From Candidatus Zambryskiibacteriota bacterium (GTDB taxonomy: Bacteria > Patescibacteriota > Minisyncoccia > Phycocordibacterales > WO2-35-19), in NCBI GenBank assembly GCA_963840745.1, contig CAWJAC010000004.1, positions 4,027 through 68,026 on the forward strand: a DNA stretch of 64,000 nucleotides, written 5' to 3'. The notes beneath the pieces were generated by a model that saw only the letters and a list, made by a program, of their open reading frames with translations, did not search any database and was not told the origin of the DNA. This document shows, piece by piece, positions 35,242 through 43,586 of the stretch. The stretch's first letter is position 1; each line of letters opens with the position of its first letter. The position numbers and the translations under genes were made by a program.

Positions 35242-35318
35242 AAAAAACCAAAATAGCTGCTGTTCCTGCGTTAGGTCATAAGGATAAGGCTCTTGGAACA
35301 ACACTATTTTGGTTTTTT
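35242..35318. repeat. long hairpin with conserved 41-nt core, copy 2 of 2 (between co-directional secY and adk)
   Basis: aaaaaaccaaaatagctgctgttcc-[27-nt loop]-ggaacaacactattttggtttttt. Core 35260-35300 is identical to 4409-4449. The outer stems differ in sequence but still pair. Confidence 0.7.
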
Positions 35319-35341
35319 CTTTATTCTGTTATACTAATTTT

Positions 35342-35932
35342 ATGACTCCCCAAACTTTTATATTTTTTGGACCGTCGGGCTGTGGTAAAGGCACGCAGGC
35401 TACTCTTTTGCAGGAAGAACTTAAAAAGAAAGACCCAGAGAGAAACATTGTCTATATAGAAACGGGCCAGAAGTTCAGAGAAATAGCTCAAGGCAGTTCT
35501 TTTACATCGCAAAAGATAAAAGAACTTATCGGAAGTGGCGGTTTAGCTCCAGTTTTTCTGCCAATTTGGATTTGGACCGGAATGATGATGGAGAACATAA
35601 CTGGTGACGAACATCTTTTTATGGACGGCATGTCAAGAAGGTTGGTTGAGGCCAATGTTTTAGATTCTGCTCTTAAATTTTATGATAGAAAAAATCCGAT
35701 AATCATTTCGTTTGAGGTTTCAGATGAATGGGCAAAAAAACTTATGAAAGGCAGAGGCAGAGCCGATGATACCGAAGAAGAGATGAACAAACGGTTAGCT
35801 TGGTACAAAGAAAATACAGTTCCGGCTATAGAATATTTCAGAAACGATCCTGATTACAAATTTATTTCTATAAACGGCGAGCATACCATAGAAGAAGTGC
35901 ATCAAGAGATAATGGATAAAGTTGGTTTATGA
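35342..35932 (+). CDS. adk: adenylate kinase
   Basis: MTPQTFIFFGPSGCGKGTQA P-loop. Start taken at the internal ATG, because the ORF-track start lies inside the hairpin repeat. Confidence 0.85.
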   Translation: MTPQTFIFFGPSGCGKGTQATLLQEELKKKDPERNIVYIETGQKFREIAQGSSFTSQKIKELIGSGGLAPVFLPIWIWTGMMMENITGDEHLFMDGMSRRLVEANVLDSALKFYDRKNPIIISFEVSDEWAKKLMKGRGRADDTEEEMNKRLAWYKENTVPAIEYFRNDPDYKFISINGEHTIEEVHQEIMDKVGL

Positions 35933-36705
35933 TTAAATACAAAACAGAAGAAGAGATAGCTATCATGAGAGAAGGGGGCAAGATACACGCCCGAATTTTG
36001 AAGGAAGTGGCCAAGAAGGTTAAGCCTGGAGTTAAAACGAGTGAACTCAATTCTTATGCCGAGCAATTAATTGATGAAGCCGGATGCATAGCTTCTTTTT
36101 TGGGCTACCAGCCTTATGATGCCAAGAAACCTTATCCGGCCGCGCTTTGTGTTTCAATAAATGAAGAAATAGTGCATGGCATTCCCAATGAAGGCGGCGG
36201 TCGGATTTTATTTGAAGGAGATATTGTTTCTTTAGATATGGGCCTGACTTACAATGGTCTTATAACCGATGCATCAGTGACTGTGCCGGTAGGCAAAATA
36301 AGTGATGACGCGGCAACTCTTATCAGAGCGACTCATGAAGCTCTGGACGCGGCCATCAAGGCTATGCGCCCGCATGGTCATATTGGCGACATTGGTGATG
36401 CTGTTATACATGTGGCTATGAAATATGATTTTGGTGTCATAGAAGGGCTCTCAGGCCACGGGGTGGGTTACAGCGTACACGAGGAGCCTTTTGTTCCCAA
36501 CAAAGCCGAGCGTGGCGAAGGTCCTGAGCTTCGCGAGGGACTTGTAATAGCTATTGAACCGATGCTTTCTCTCGGCAGTCGTGAAATAAAAAGACTTTCT
36601 GATGGTTATACATTTATAACTCGCGATAAATCATTATCCGCACACTTCGAACATACAGTAGCAGTTGGTTATGATGGAAAAATTGAGATTTTAACAAAAT
36701 TATAA
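35929..36705 (+). CDS. map: methionine aminopeptidase, type I
   Basis: Pita-bread metal ligands in typical context (VHGIP, DIVSLDMG, GHGVG, IEP, EHT). ATGA overlap with adk. Confidence 0.9.
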   Translation: MIKYKTEEEIAIMREGGKIHARILKEVAKKVKPGVKTSELNSYAEQLIDEAGCIASFLGYQPYDAKKPYPAALCVSINEEIVHGIPNEGGGRILFEGDIVSLDMGLTYNGLITDASVTVPVGKISDDAATLIRATHEALDAAIKAMRPHGHIGDIGDAVIHVAMKYDFGVIEGLSGHGVGYSVHEEPFVPNKAERGEGPELREGLVIAIEPMLSLGSREIKRLSDGYTFITRDKSLSAHFEHTVAVGYDGKIEILTKL

Positions 36706-36719
36706 TTATTTTTAATAAA

Positions 36720-37325
36720 ATGGTTCATCCAAAAGAAGAGAGAACTTTGGTAGTTATAAAGCCTGATGGAGTTCAAAGGACTTTGATAGGGGAGATTATA
36801 GGAAGGTTTGAAAAACTGGGATTAAAATTGGTGGGTATGAAAATGCTTATACCGACAGCCGAGTTTGTTGAAAAACATTACACTCTTGATCCGGAATGGC
36901 GCAGGATAACGGGAGAGAAAACAATTAAAAGTTATATAAGCAAAGGACAAAAACCACCATCTGAAGATCCACTCGAAATAACGGCAAAAATTTTGGAAGC
37001 ATTAAAGAAATATTTAACTTCTGGACCAGTGGTGGCTATGGTTTGGCAGGGGGCACACTCTACAGAACTGGTCAGGAAAATTGTCGGCGGCACAGAGCCG
37101 AGAAGTTCGGATGTCGGAACAATAAGAGGTGATTATGTGTTGGATTCATACGTTATGGCCGATACTGATGGCCGAGCGGTCAGGAATTTGATCCACGCTT
37201 CTGGTTCTAGCAAAGAATCTGAGGCTGAAATAAAACATTGGTTTAAGAAAGAAGAACTTATAAATTACAGATTAGTTCAAGAACAGATTTTGTATGATGT
37301 AAACTTGGATGGGATATTGGAATAG
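36720..37325 (+). CDS. ndk: nucleoside diphosphate kinase (long form, 201 aa)
   Basis: ERTLVVIKPDGVQR..., NLIHASGS active-site His context. About 40 aa of internal insertion and a C-terminal extension relative to ~140-aa NDKs. Confidence 0.85.
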   Translation: MVHPKEERTLVVIKPDGVQRTLIGEIIGRFEKLGLKLVGMKMLIPTAEFVEKHYTLDPEWRRITGEKTIKSYISKGQKPPSEDPLEITAKILEALKKYLTSGPVVAMVWQGAHSTELVRKIVGGTEPRSSDVGTIRGDYVLDSYVMADTDGRAVRNLIHASGSSKESEAEIKHWFKKEELINYRLVQEQILYDVNLDGILE

Positions 37326-37338
37326 GGGTATAATGGCC

Positions 37339-37497
37339 GTAGGGTTGCCTGCAATATTTTCTAACTGCACATATTCAGGGAGGCTAACTTTTTTCAACGT
37401 AAAGTTGAAATCGAAGCCACCCACCTAATATTTTTCAATTAGGGAATTATTTCAGGCGATCCTACAAAAAATGCTTTGCTTCGCAAAGTATTTTTTG
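37339..37497 (+). ncRNA. candidate structured RNA (cis-regulatory leader or sRNA), unclassified
   Basis: TTGGAT-18-TATAAT (-10 at 37329-37334). A 13-bp helix pairs 37339-37351 with 37453-37465 (two G:U, plus-strand specific). Internal hairpins at 37393-37409 and 37424-37443. Helix 37378-37384/37416-37422. Terminator at 37466-37497. Confidence 0.45.
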
Positions 37498-37507
37498 TTA
37501 AAATTAT

Positions 37508-37912
37508 TTGATGCTGAAGAAACCGCTTTTTTTGGAAATGCTGATTCTTTTTGCTGTTGTGGCCGGGCTTCATATCGTTGCCAACATTTACCATCTTTAC
37601 TGGTCCATTTATGAATTTGACAGCGTGGTGCATTTTTTTGCCGGTGCCGCCATCTCATTATTTTTCTTGTGGTTTTACTTTTTCTCTGACTTTTTTAGTC
37701 CTCCCAAAAGAAACCTGACAAATTTTTTGCTCGTTTCTCTTATTGGTGCAATGTTTGTGGGTTTTTCGTGGGAAATTTATGAACTCATTTTTAGACAGAC
37801 GATGGTTTCCAAGATAGATTATCCTTATGACACCATGATGGATTTAATAATGGATCTTTTGGGCGCTGTAGCGGCTTGTTTTTATGGATATTTAAAACAA
37901 CATGAATCCTAA
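37508..37912 (+). CDS. hypothetical small membrane protein (4 TM)
   Basis: 134 aa with four hydrophobic helices and a conserved-looking FSWEIYELIF...DTMMDLIMDLLGA segment. Confidence 0.7.
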   Translation: MMLKKPLFLEMLILFAVVAGLHIVANIYHLYWSIYEFDSVVHFFAGAAISLFFLWFYFFSDFFSPPKRNLTNFLLVSLIGAMFVGFSWEIYELIFRQTMVSKIDYPYDTMMDLIMDLLGAVAACFYGYLKQHES

Positions 37913-38429
37913 ATTAATTTTTTATGGCGGTGTCGGTTCTACTACCGGAGCTAATATAATGCTTGAATATGGAAATAAAAAAATTCTTGTTGATTGCGGA
38001 CTTTTGCAGGGGGCAAAACAGATAGAGGAAAGAAATTTTGAGCCTTTTAAATACGATCCGAAAAGCATTGATTTTCTTTTGATTACTCACGCCCACATGG
38101 ATCATATAGGCAAAGTACCCAAATTGGTGAGAGATGGTTTTAAGGGTAAAATAATTTCTACCAGTGAGACCATGGAACTTGCCAGACCCATGTTGGAAGA
38201 TGCATTTAAAGTAATGAAGGTAAAGCATCCGGACAAAGTACTTTTTGATGAAGAGGATATAGCAAAAGCTCTGTCTCTTTGGGAAGGTAGAAATTATGAA
38301 GAAAAAGTTGAATTATTTTCCGGCTGTTTTCTAGAAATGCAAGATGCTGGACATATTTTAGGTTCGGCCATATGCAATGTGGAAATAACTCTCCCCCAAA
38401 AAACATTAAAAATCTGCCTTCACTGGTGA
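37902..38429 (+). CDS. MBL-fold beta-CASP ribonuclease (COG1236-like), N-terminal part (frame changes at A-run 38408-38412)
   Basis: LVDCGLLQG, THAHMDHIGKVP, and a GHILGSA motif. The ORF ends in nonsense (...TLKICLHW*) immediately after an A5 run. Confidence 0.8.
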   Translation: MNPKLIFYGGVGSTTGANIMLEYGNKKILVDCGLLQGAKQIEERNFEPFKYDPKSIDFLLITHAHMDHIGKVPKLVRDGFKGKIISTSETMELARPMLEDAFKVMKVKHPDKVLFDEEDIAKALSLWEGRNYEEKVELFSGCFLEMQDAGHILGSAICNVEITLPQKTLKICLHW

Positions 38430-38454
38430 TCTGGGTAATTCACCATCGCCTCTT

Positions 38455-39306
38455 TTGCCGGACACCGAATTTCCAAAAGACGCGGATTACATTGTAATGG
38501 AGAGCGTTTATGGAGACAGAAATCACGAAAGCAAGACAGAAAGAAGGGAAAAACTAAAAGAATATATTTTAGAAGGCATAAAAAAAGACGGAACCATTGT
38601 TATTCCGTCATTTTCCATAGAAAGAACCCAAGTTTTGCTTTATGAAATAAACAATATGGTTGAAAATAAAGAAATCCCTCAGGTGCCCGTATTTTTAGAT
38701 TCTCCTTTGGCTCTGAAAGTAACCGATATTTATAAAAAATATGAAAAAGATTTTAAAGAATCGGTGAAAGAAGAAATAAAAAGAGGTGATGACATATTTG
38801 ATTTTCCAGGGTTGAAAATTGTAAAAACAGCGCAAGAATCGGCAGAGATTGAAAATATAAAAGGGACAAAAATAATACTCTCAGGCTCTGGCATGTCGGA
38901 GGGCGGCAGGATAGTCAATCACGAAGCCTATTATTTGCCAGACCCGGGTGCCACTATTATTTTAGTGGGCTATCAGGCAGTGGGCACTTTAGGAAGGGCT
39001 TTGCAGGATGGGGTTAAGGAAATAATTCCTCCCTTGCCCCCCTCTTATGATAAGAGGGGGGTTGGGGGGCGTTATGACAGTAAGCAGAAAATTAAAGTGA
39101 AGGCCAAAATAGAAATGATAGAAGGTTACTCGTCTCACAAAGACTCGGAGCATCTTTTGGAGTTTGTCGAGAAAGTTGCTCCCCGTCATGTTTTTGTCAT
39201 TATGGGAGAACCCAAATCCTCCCTTTTCCTTATCCAGCGCATCCGCGATTATCTTGATATAGACGCTATTTATCCGGAAGAAAATAAAGAATATGAATTA
39301 GTTTAA
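38455..39306 (+). CDS. MBL-fold beta-CASP ribonuclease, C-terminal part
   Basis: This frame is open from 38410 and reads KSAFTGDLGNSPSPLLPDTEFP...DYIVMESVYGDRNH...SSHKDSEHLLEFV...VFVIMGEP (beta-CASP motifs). Confidence 0.8.
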   Translation: MPDTEFPKDADYIVMESVYGDRNHESKTERREKLKEYILEGIKKDGTIVIPSFSIERTQVLLYEINNMVENKEIPQVPVFLDSPLALKVTDIYKKYEKDFKESVKEEIKRGDDIFDFPGLKIVKTAQESAEIENIKGTKIILSGSGMSEGGRIVNHEAYYLPDPGATIILVGYQAVGTLGRALQDGVKEIIPPLPPSYDKRGVGGRYDSKQKIKVKAKIEMIEGYSSHKDSEHLLEFVEKVAPRHVFVIMGEPKSSLFLIQRIRDYLDIDAIYPEENKEYELV

Positions 39307-39307
39307 T

Positions 39308-40837
39308 TTATCTCGCAAATTCTATTGTTCTAGATTCTCTAATCACTACCACACGGATCTCACCCGGATATTTGAGTTCGTTTTCAATGCGAATGGCGAT
39401 GTCGCGAGCCATATCTTTGGCCTCAACGTCGCTAACTTGAGATGGGGTGACAAATATACGAAGCTCTCGGCCGGCCTGCAAGGCATAAGCTTTTTCTACA
39501 CCTGTTATGGAAGTGGCAATCGCTTCGAGATCGCCAAGTCTCTTCAAATAATTTTCCACACTGTCTCTTCTTGCTCCTGGTCTGGCGCCTGATATAGCAT
39601 CGGCCGATTGGACGATGTAAGATTCCAAAGTGGAGTAAGGATATTCGCCATGGTGCGATTCCATAGCCCTGATTATTTTTTCATCAGCTCCGAATTTCTG
39701 TAAAATTCTACGGCCTATATCCACATGGGTGCCGGCAATCTCGTGATCTACTGCTTTGCCTATATCATGCAGAAGTGCTCCGGCTTTAGCGACGGCTACG
39801 TTAGCGCCTATTTCAGTGGCCAACATTCCGGCAATATGGGACATTTCTATTGAATGTTGCAAAACATTTTGGCCGTAAGAAGTGCGGAAATGAAGTCTGC
39901 CCAAAATTGAAACAATCCTGGGGTCAAGGTTAAAGACGCCGCATTCATAAGCAGCTGCCTCGCCCTTTTCTTTAATTATTTTATTTATTTCCTGTTTGGC
40001 TTTTTCCACCATCTCCTCGATTTTGGCTGGCTGTATTCTACCGTCGGCAATCAAGTTTTCTAGAGCCACTCTGGCCACTTGTCTCCTGACGGAATCATAG
40101 GAAGATATGGTAATAAGTCCTGGAGTATCATCAACAATTATTTCTACCCCGGAAACTCTTTCAAAAGCTTTTATATTTCTGCCTTCTTTGCCTATAATTT
40201 TGCCTTTTATTTCGTCAGAAGGAATGGTGACAGTAGTAGAAAATACTTCGGAAGATACCGAATTTGCCAGTCGCTGTATTGAAGTGGTTAATATTTCCTT
40301 AGCTCGGCCCTCAATTTTTTCGCTGCCGCTGTTTTCCAATTTTTGCATTCTGACAGCTATGTCTTCCTCATGTTTCCTTTCTATTTCCCGTAGCAAGACA
40401 TTCTTGGCCTCCTCTTCCGTTAAGTTGGAGACTTTCTGTAATTCATCAAATTTTTGTTTTTCTAGGGCTTCCACCTTTTCCTTGATAGTTTTCACTTCAG
40501 AGATTTTTTCTTTAACTTGTTCGATTTCTTTATCTATATCAAGCTGTCTTTTATCTAAGAATTCATCTTTTTTTATGAGGCGATCTTCAGTCTTTTTAAT
40601 TTTTTCCTCCTTTTCTTTAAATTCTGCTCGGGTTTCTTTCAGAGTCTCTTCGGCTTTATTTTGTGCTTCCTCAGTAATTTTCTTGGCCTCCTCCCTCGCG
40701 TGAAGCTCCATCTGCTTGATACGGAGTTCTACCGAACCGCGTTGGCCGAGCGATATGATCCAACGCAGAAAATAACCAAAACCGACACCCACCAAAGCCG
40801 CTAAGCCCGCGAAGAGCACCGCTAATTTTAATGACAT
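39308..40837 (-). CDS. rny: ribonuclease Y
   Basis: N-terminal TM helix, long Lys/Glu coiled coil, KH domain (GKIIGKEGRNIKAFE), HD domain (HSIEMSHIAG...LLHDIGKA). Confidence 0.95.
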   Translation of the reverse strand: MSLKLAVLFAGLAALVGVGFGYFLRWIISLGQRGSVELRIKQMELHAREEAKKITEEAQNKAEETLKETRAEFKEKEEKIKKTEDRLIKKDEFLDKRQLDIDKEIEQVKEKISEVKTIKEKVEALEKQKFDELQKVSNLTEEEAKNVLLREIERKHEEDIAVRMQKLENSGSEKIEGRAKEILTTSIQRLANSVSSEVFSTTVTIPSDEIKGKIIGKEGRNIKAFERVSGVEIIVDDTPGLITISSYDSVRRQVARVALENLIADGRIQPAKIEEMVEKAKQEINKIIKEKGEAAAYECGVFNLDPRIVSILGRLHFRTSYGQNVLQHSIEMSHIAGMLATEIGANVAVAKAGALLHDIGKAVDHEIAGTHVDIGRRILQKFGADEKIIRAMESHHGEYPYSTLESYIVQSADAISGARPGARRDSVENYLKRLGDLEAIATSITGVEKAYALQAGRELRIFVTPSQVSDVEAKDMARDIAIRIENELKYPGEIRVVVIRESRTIEFAR

Positions 40838-40959
40838 ATATTTGGTTGTAATTCCGCTTTAATTTGGAGCGGTCAAAAGTTTACGCTTGATTTTATTGGG
40901 AAATAAAAACATTAAAGGAAATTACGAAATTTAATGGTAATAGAGGCAGTATACAGAAT

Positions 40960-41544
40960 TTAAAGAATTTTGTCTATGATGCCGTATTTTTTAGCCTCTT
41001 CGGCGGTCATAAAGAAATCTCGGTCAACGTCTTTTTCTACTTTTTCAAGCGGCTGGCCGGTATTTTTGGCCATAATTTTATTCAAGATTTCTCTGGTTTT
41101 TACTATATGCTTAGCTCGTATCTCAATGTCCGTAGCTTGGCCGCCAAGCCCTTCAGCCCAAGGCTGGTGAATCATAATTTCGGAATTTGGAAGTGCAAAA
41201 CGTTTACCTTTTGTTCCAGCGGAAAGAATTACGGAAGCAGCCGATGCAGCTAAACCTACGCACATAGTGGAAACATCCGGTTTTATGTAATTCATAGTGT
41301 CCAAAACGGCCAGACCAGCGGTAACTGAACCTCCCGGAGAATTTATATAAAGCGAGATATCTTTTTTAGCATCTTCGGACTGCAAGAAAAGAAGCTGAGC
41401 AATGACGATATTTGCCACGTCGTCATCTATAGGACCACTCAAAAATATAATTCGTTCTTTTAAAAGCCTCGAATAAATGTCATAGGCTCGTTCGCCTTGG
41501 TGAGTTTTTTCTATAACAGTCGGAACTAAAAATGAATTTTTCAT
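40960..41544 (-). CDS. clpP: ATP-dependent Clp protease proteolytic subunit
   Basis: [12 protein letters not shown], catalytic Ser context [14 protein letters not shown]. Confidence 0.95.
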   Translation of the reverse strand: MKNSFLVPTVIEKTHQGERAYDIYSRLLKERIIFLSGPIDDDVANIVIAQLLFLQSEDAKKDISLYINSPGGSVTAGLAVLDTMNYIKPDVSTMCVGLAASAASVILSAGTKGKRFALPNSEIMIHQPWAEGLGGQATDIEIRAKHIVKTREILNKIMAKNTGQPLEKVEKDVDRDFFMTAEEAKKYGIIDKIL

Positions 41545-41566
41545 ATATTATAAGTATAGCACAGTT

Positions 41567-42631
41567 TTATTGATTTTCCAAAAGTTTCAAAACCTCGGAA
41601 TTGAGGAGGATGGTAGCCACGTAAACGCGGGCGTTTGTTTCGGAAGCGTCAGGATAATGTTTTAAAACTTCTTTAGTTTCATTTTCTAAGATTTCTTTGT
41701 TTGGTTCCAATTTTTCTCCCTCGGCTATTTTATTAAATATGAGTTGTATTTTTGCTTTTTTTTCGGAGCCGTCTCTTAAATCTTTTTTTAAATCTTCCTC
41801 ACTTTTTTTCACTTGGATTAAATAATCCTCAAATTTAATGCCCGCTCTTGCGATGTCATCTTTCATTTGAGCTAAAGATTTTTCAGTTTCACTTTCTATC
41901 AAAATTTCCGGCAGTTCGACTGAAGTATTTTTTAAAAGCTCTTCCATAATTGTTGCTCTTTTCTTTTCTACATTTCTTATTTTTTTCTCAGATATTATGT
42001 TCTCTTTAACTTTTTCTTTGAGCTCATCTAAATTTTTGAAATTGCCGGCCATTTTGGCAAATTCATCATCAAGAACAGGCAAATCATCATCTTTTATTTC
42101 CGGATGATTGTGCCCACTTTCTTCTTTGTGGGCCTCATGCCAGTCAAAATGAGCTTTATTTTTTCTTATTTGCAAAAGCACATCGTCTACTTCTTTATCT
42201 GTTGATTCAATCTTTTCTTCTTTACTTTTTTCCTTTTCTGAAATATCTTTTGATATTTTTTTGTAATCAGGTAATTCAAATATAGGCAAAACAGCGAAAA
42301 CTGCTTTAAATTCAACGGGATTTTGCAGCGCCAACTTGGTAATGGAAATTTTAGGTCGACCGATGATGTCTAATTTGGTTTGCTCTATGATTTTAGGAAA
42401 GTGCTCTTTGAGCAGTATATCAGCGGCTTCTTCTAAAATTTTATCTTCACCCACTTTTTCTACAACAATATTTTCAGGCACGTGCCCCTTCCTAAATCCT
42501 GATATTTCTAAAGATGTACAAAACAAATCTACTGCTTTTTTGCGCGCTGAAACCAAAAGATCAGAGGGTAATATCGCTTCAATCTCCACTTCTGACTTTG
42601 GCAGTTTTTTTATTTTTATATCGTATGACAC
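41567..42631 (-). CDS. tig: trigger factor (short form, apparently lacking the PPIase domain)
   Basis: GTG start. N-terminal ribosome-binding signature GFRKGHVP. The C-terminal arm region follows directly. 354 aa versus ~430 aa typical. Confidence 0.8.
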   Translation of the reverse strand: MSYDIKIKKLPKSEVEIEAILPSDLLVSARKKAVDLFCTSLEISGFRKGHVPENIVVEKVGEDKILEEAADILLKEHFPKIIEQTKLDIIGRPKISITKLALQNPVEFKAVFAVLPIFELPDYKKISKDISEKEKSKEEKIESTDKEVDDVLLQIRKNKAHFDWHEAHKEESGHNHPEIKDDDLPVLDDEFAKMAGNFKNLDELKEKVKENIISEKKIRNVEKKRATIMEELLKNTSVELPEILIESETEKSLAQMKDDIARAGIKFEDYLIQVKKSEEDLKKDLRDGSEKKAKIQLIFNKIAEGEKLEPNKEILENETKEVLKHYPDASETNARVYVATILLNSEVLKLLENQ

Positions 42632-42656
42632 GAAAGCAGTTTATCAGAAAATTAAA

Positions 42657-42959
42657 TCACTGCAACTGGGAATCAATGGCGGCAGCGCCTTGGTCGAGGT
42701 TGTCTATATTAGTATTATTCAAATCTTTTTCTATTGAATTTAGATCATCAGATGAGCTTTGCTGGTTTAAGGATGCAGTTATGGTGTCGTTGGCTACTCC
42801 TGGTGTATAAACAGGTTGAGAAGATCTTTCTTTAAGAAAATATAGGCCGCCTATTATGATGAGAGCTAAAATAATAATAACGGCGATAAGAGGTCCCATT
42901 GATTTTTTACTCAAATCACTTTGTATCGGAGGCATTTGGTTTGGATTAAATGTGTCCAT
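42657..42959 (-). CDS. hypothetical membrane-anchored protein (100 aa)
   Basis: Single TM helix (GPLIAVIIILALIIIGGLYFL) followed by a polar tail. Confidence 0.6.
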   Translation of the reverse strand: MDTFNPNQMPPIQSDLSKKSMGPLIAVIIILALIIIGGLYFLKERSSQPVYTPGVANDTITASLNQQSSSDDLNSIEKDLNNTNIDNLDQGAAAIDSQLQ

Positions 42960-42971
42960 GTTATTTATAAA

Positions 42972-43586
42972 TTATTGATTGGTTGTGGTGGCGGTAGAAG
43001 CAGTAGAATTTTTTAATTTGTTATCGCCAGACTTAAGACTGTTAACTACATCTAATAATGCCGTTTGGGCTGTTTTAATGTCTTCTTTTGCTTTCTCTAT
43101 CTGGATCTTTACAACGCCATATTCTTCTTTGAGAGCGGCAGTTGAAGTTGCGGTAGAAGAAGCAATGTTGGTGTCTATATATAAAGTGCTTGTTTTGGCT
43201 ATCTCAATTTTTGCTCTGGCTGTAACTAAAAGTTCTTTGGCTTGCGTCACGTCTATCTTGTTTGCTTCTATTTTTGCTATTCTCGAGTCTATTCTGTCCG
43301 CCAATTTTTCCAACCTGCCGGTGGCGGCATCAAATCTTTCTACAATATTTTGAACAAACTGGTCTATCTGTTCTTTAATTTTGTCTATGGCATTTTGTCT
43401 TATTGTATCTACAGAATTCTTCACCGTTTCTTTTCTGGCATTTATCTCATCTTTTATTGTTGTGCTTATATTGGGCGTGGCTTTTTGGGCAAAAGAGATT
43501 ATTGGTAAAACACCAAAAGCGACTACCATTGCAAACAATAGAAATCTATTTTTCATAAATTTAATTGTATCAAATTTATTCCGCAA
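42972..43586 (-). CDS. hypothetical secreted coiled-coil protein (204 aa)
   Basis: Signal-like N-terminus (FLLFAMVVAFGVLPIISFAQ), then heptad-like Ala/Lys/Glu/Ile-rich sequence. Confidence 0.6.
   Translation of the reverse strand: MRNKFDTIKFMKNRFLLFAMVVAFGVLPIISFAQKATPNISTTIKDEINARKETVKNSVDTIRQNAIDKIKEQIDQFVQNIVERFDAATGRLEKLADRIDSRIAKIEANKIDVTQAKELLVTARAKIEIAKTSTLYIDTNIASSTATSTAALKEEYGVVKIQIEKAKEDIKTAQTALLDVVNSLKSGDNKLKNSTASTATTTNQ

Noticed and set aside
37339-37465. Possible guanidine-I (ykkC) riboswitch, because the RNA starts GUAGGGUUGCC. SRP RNA and a tRNA-like element (…GCCACCCACC) were also considered.
   Set aside because: The other ykkC signature elements (GGUCCGAGAG, ACGG…GGGA…CCCGGGAG) are absent. 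There is no SRP domain-IV motif (GGAA/AGCAGCC-type). No acceptor-stem partner exists for the CCACC end. Left as an unclassified structured RNA.
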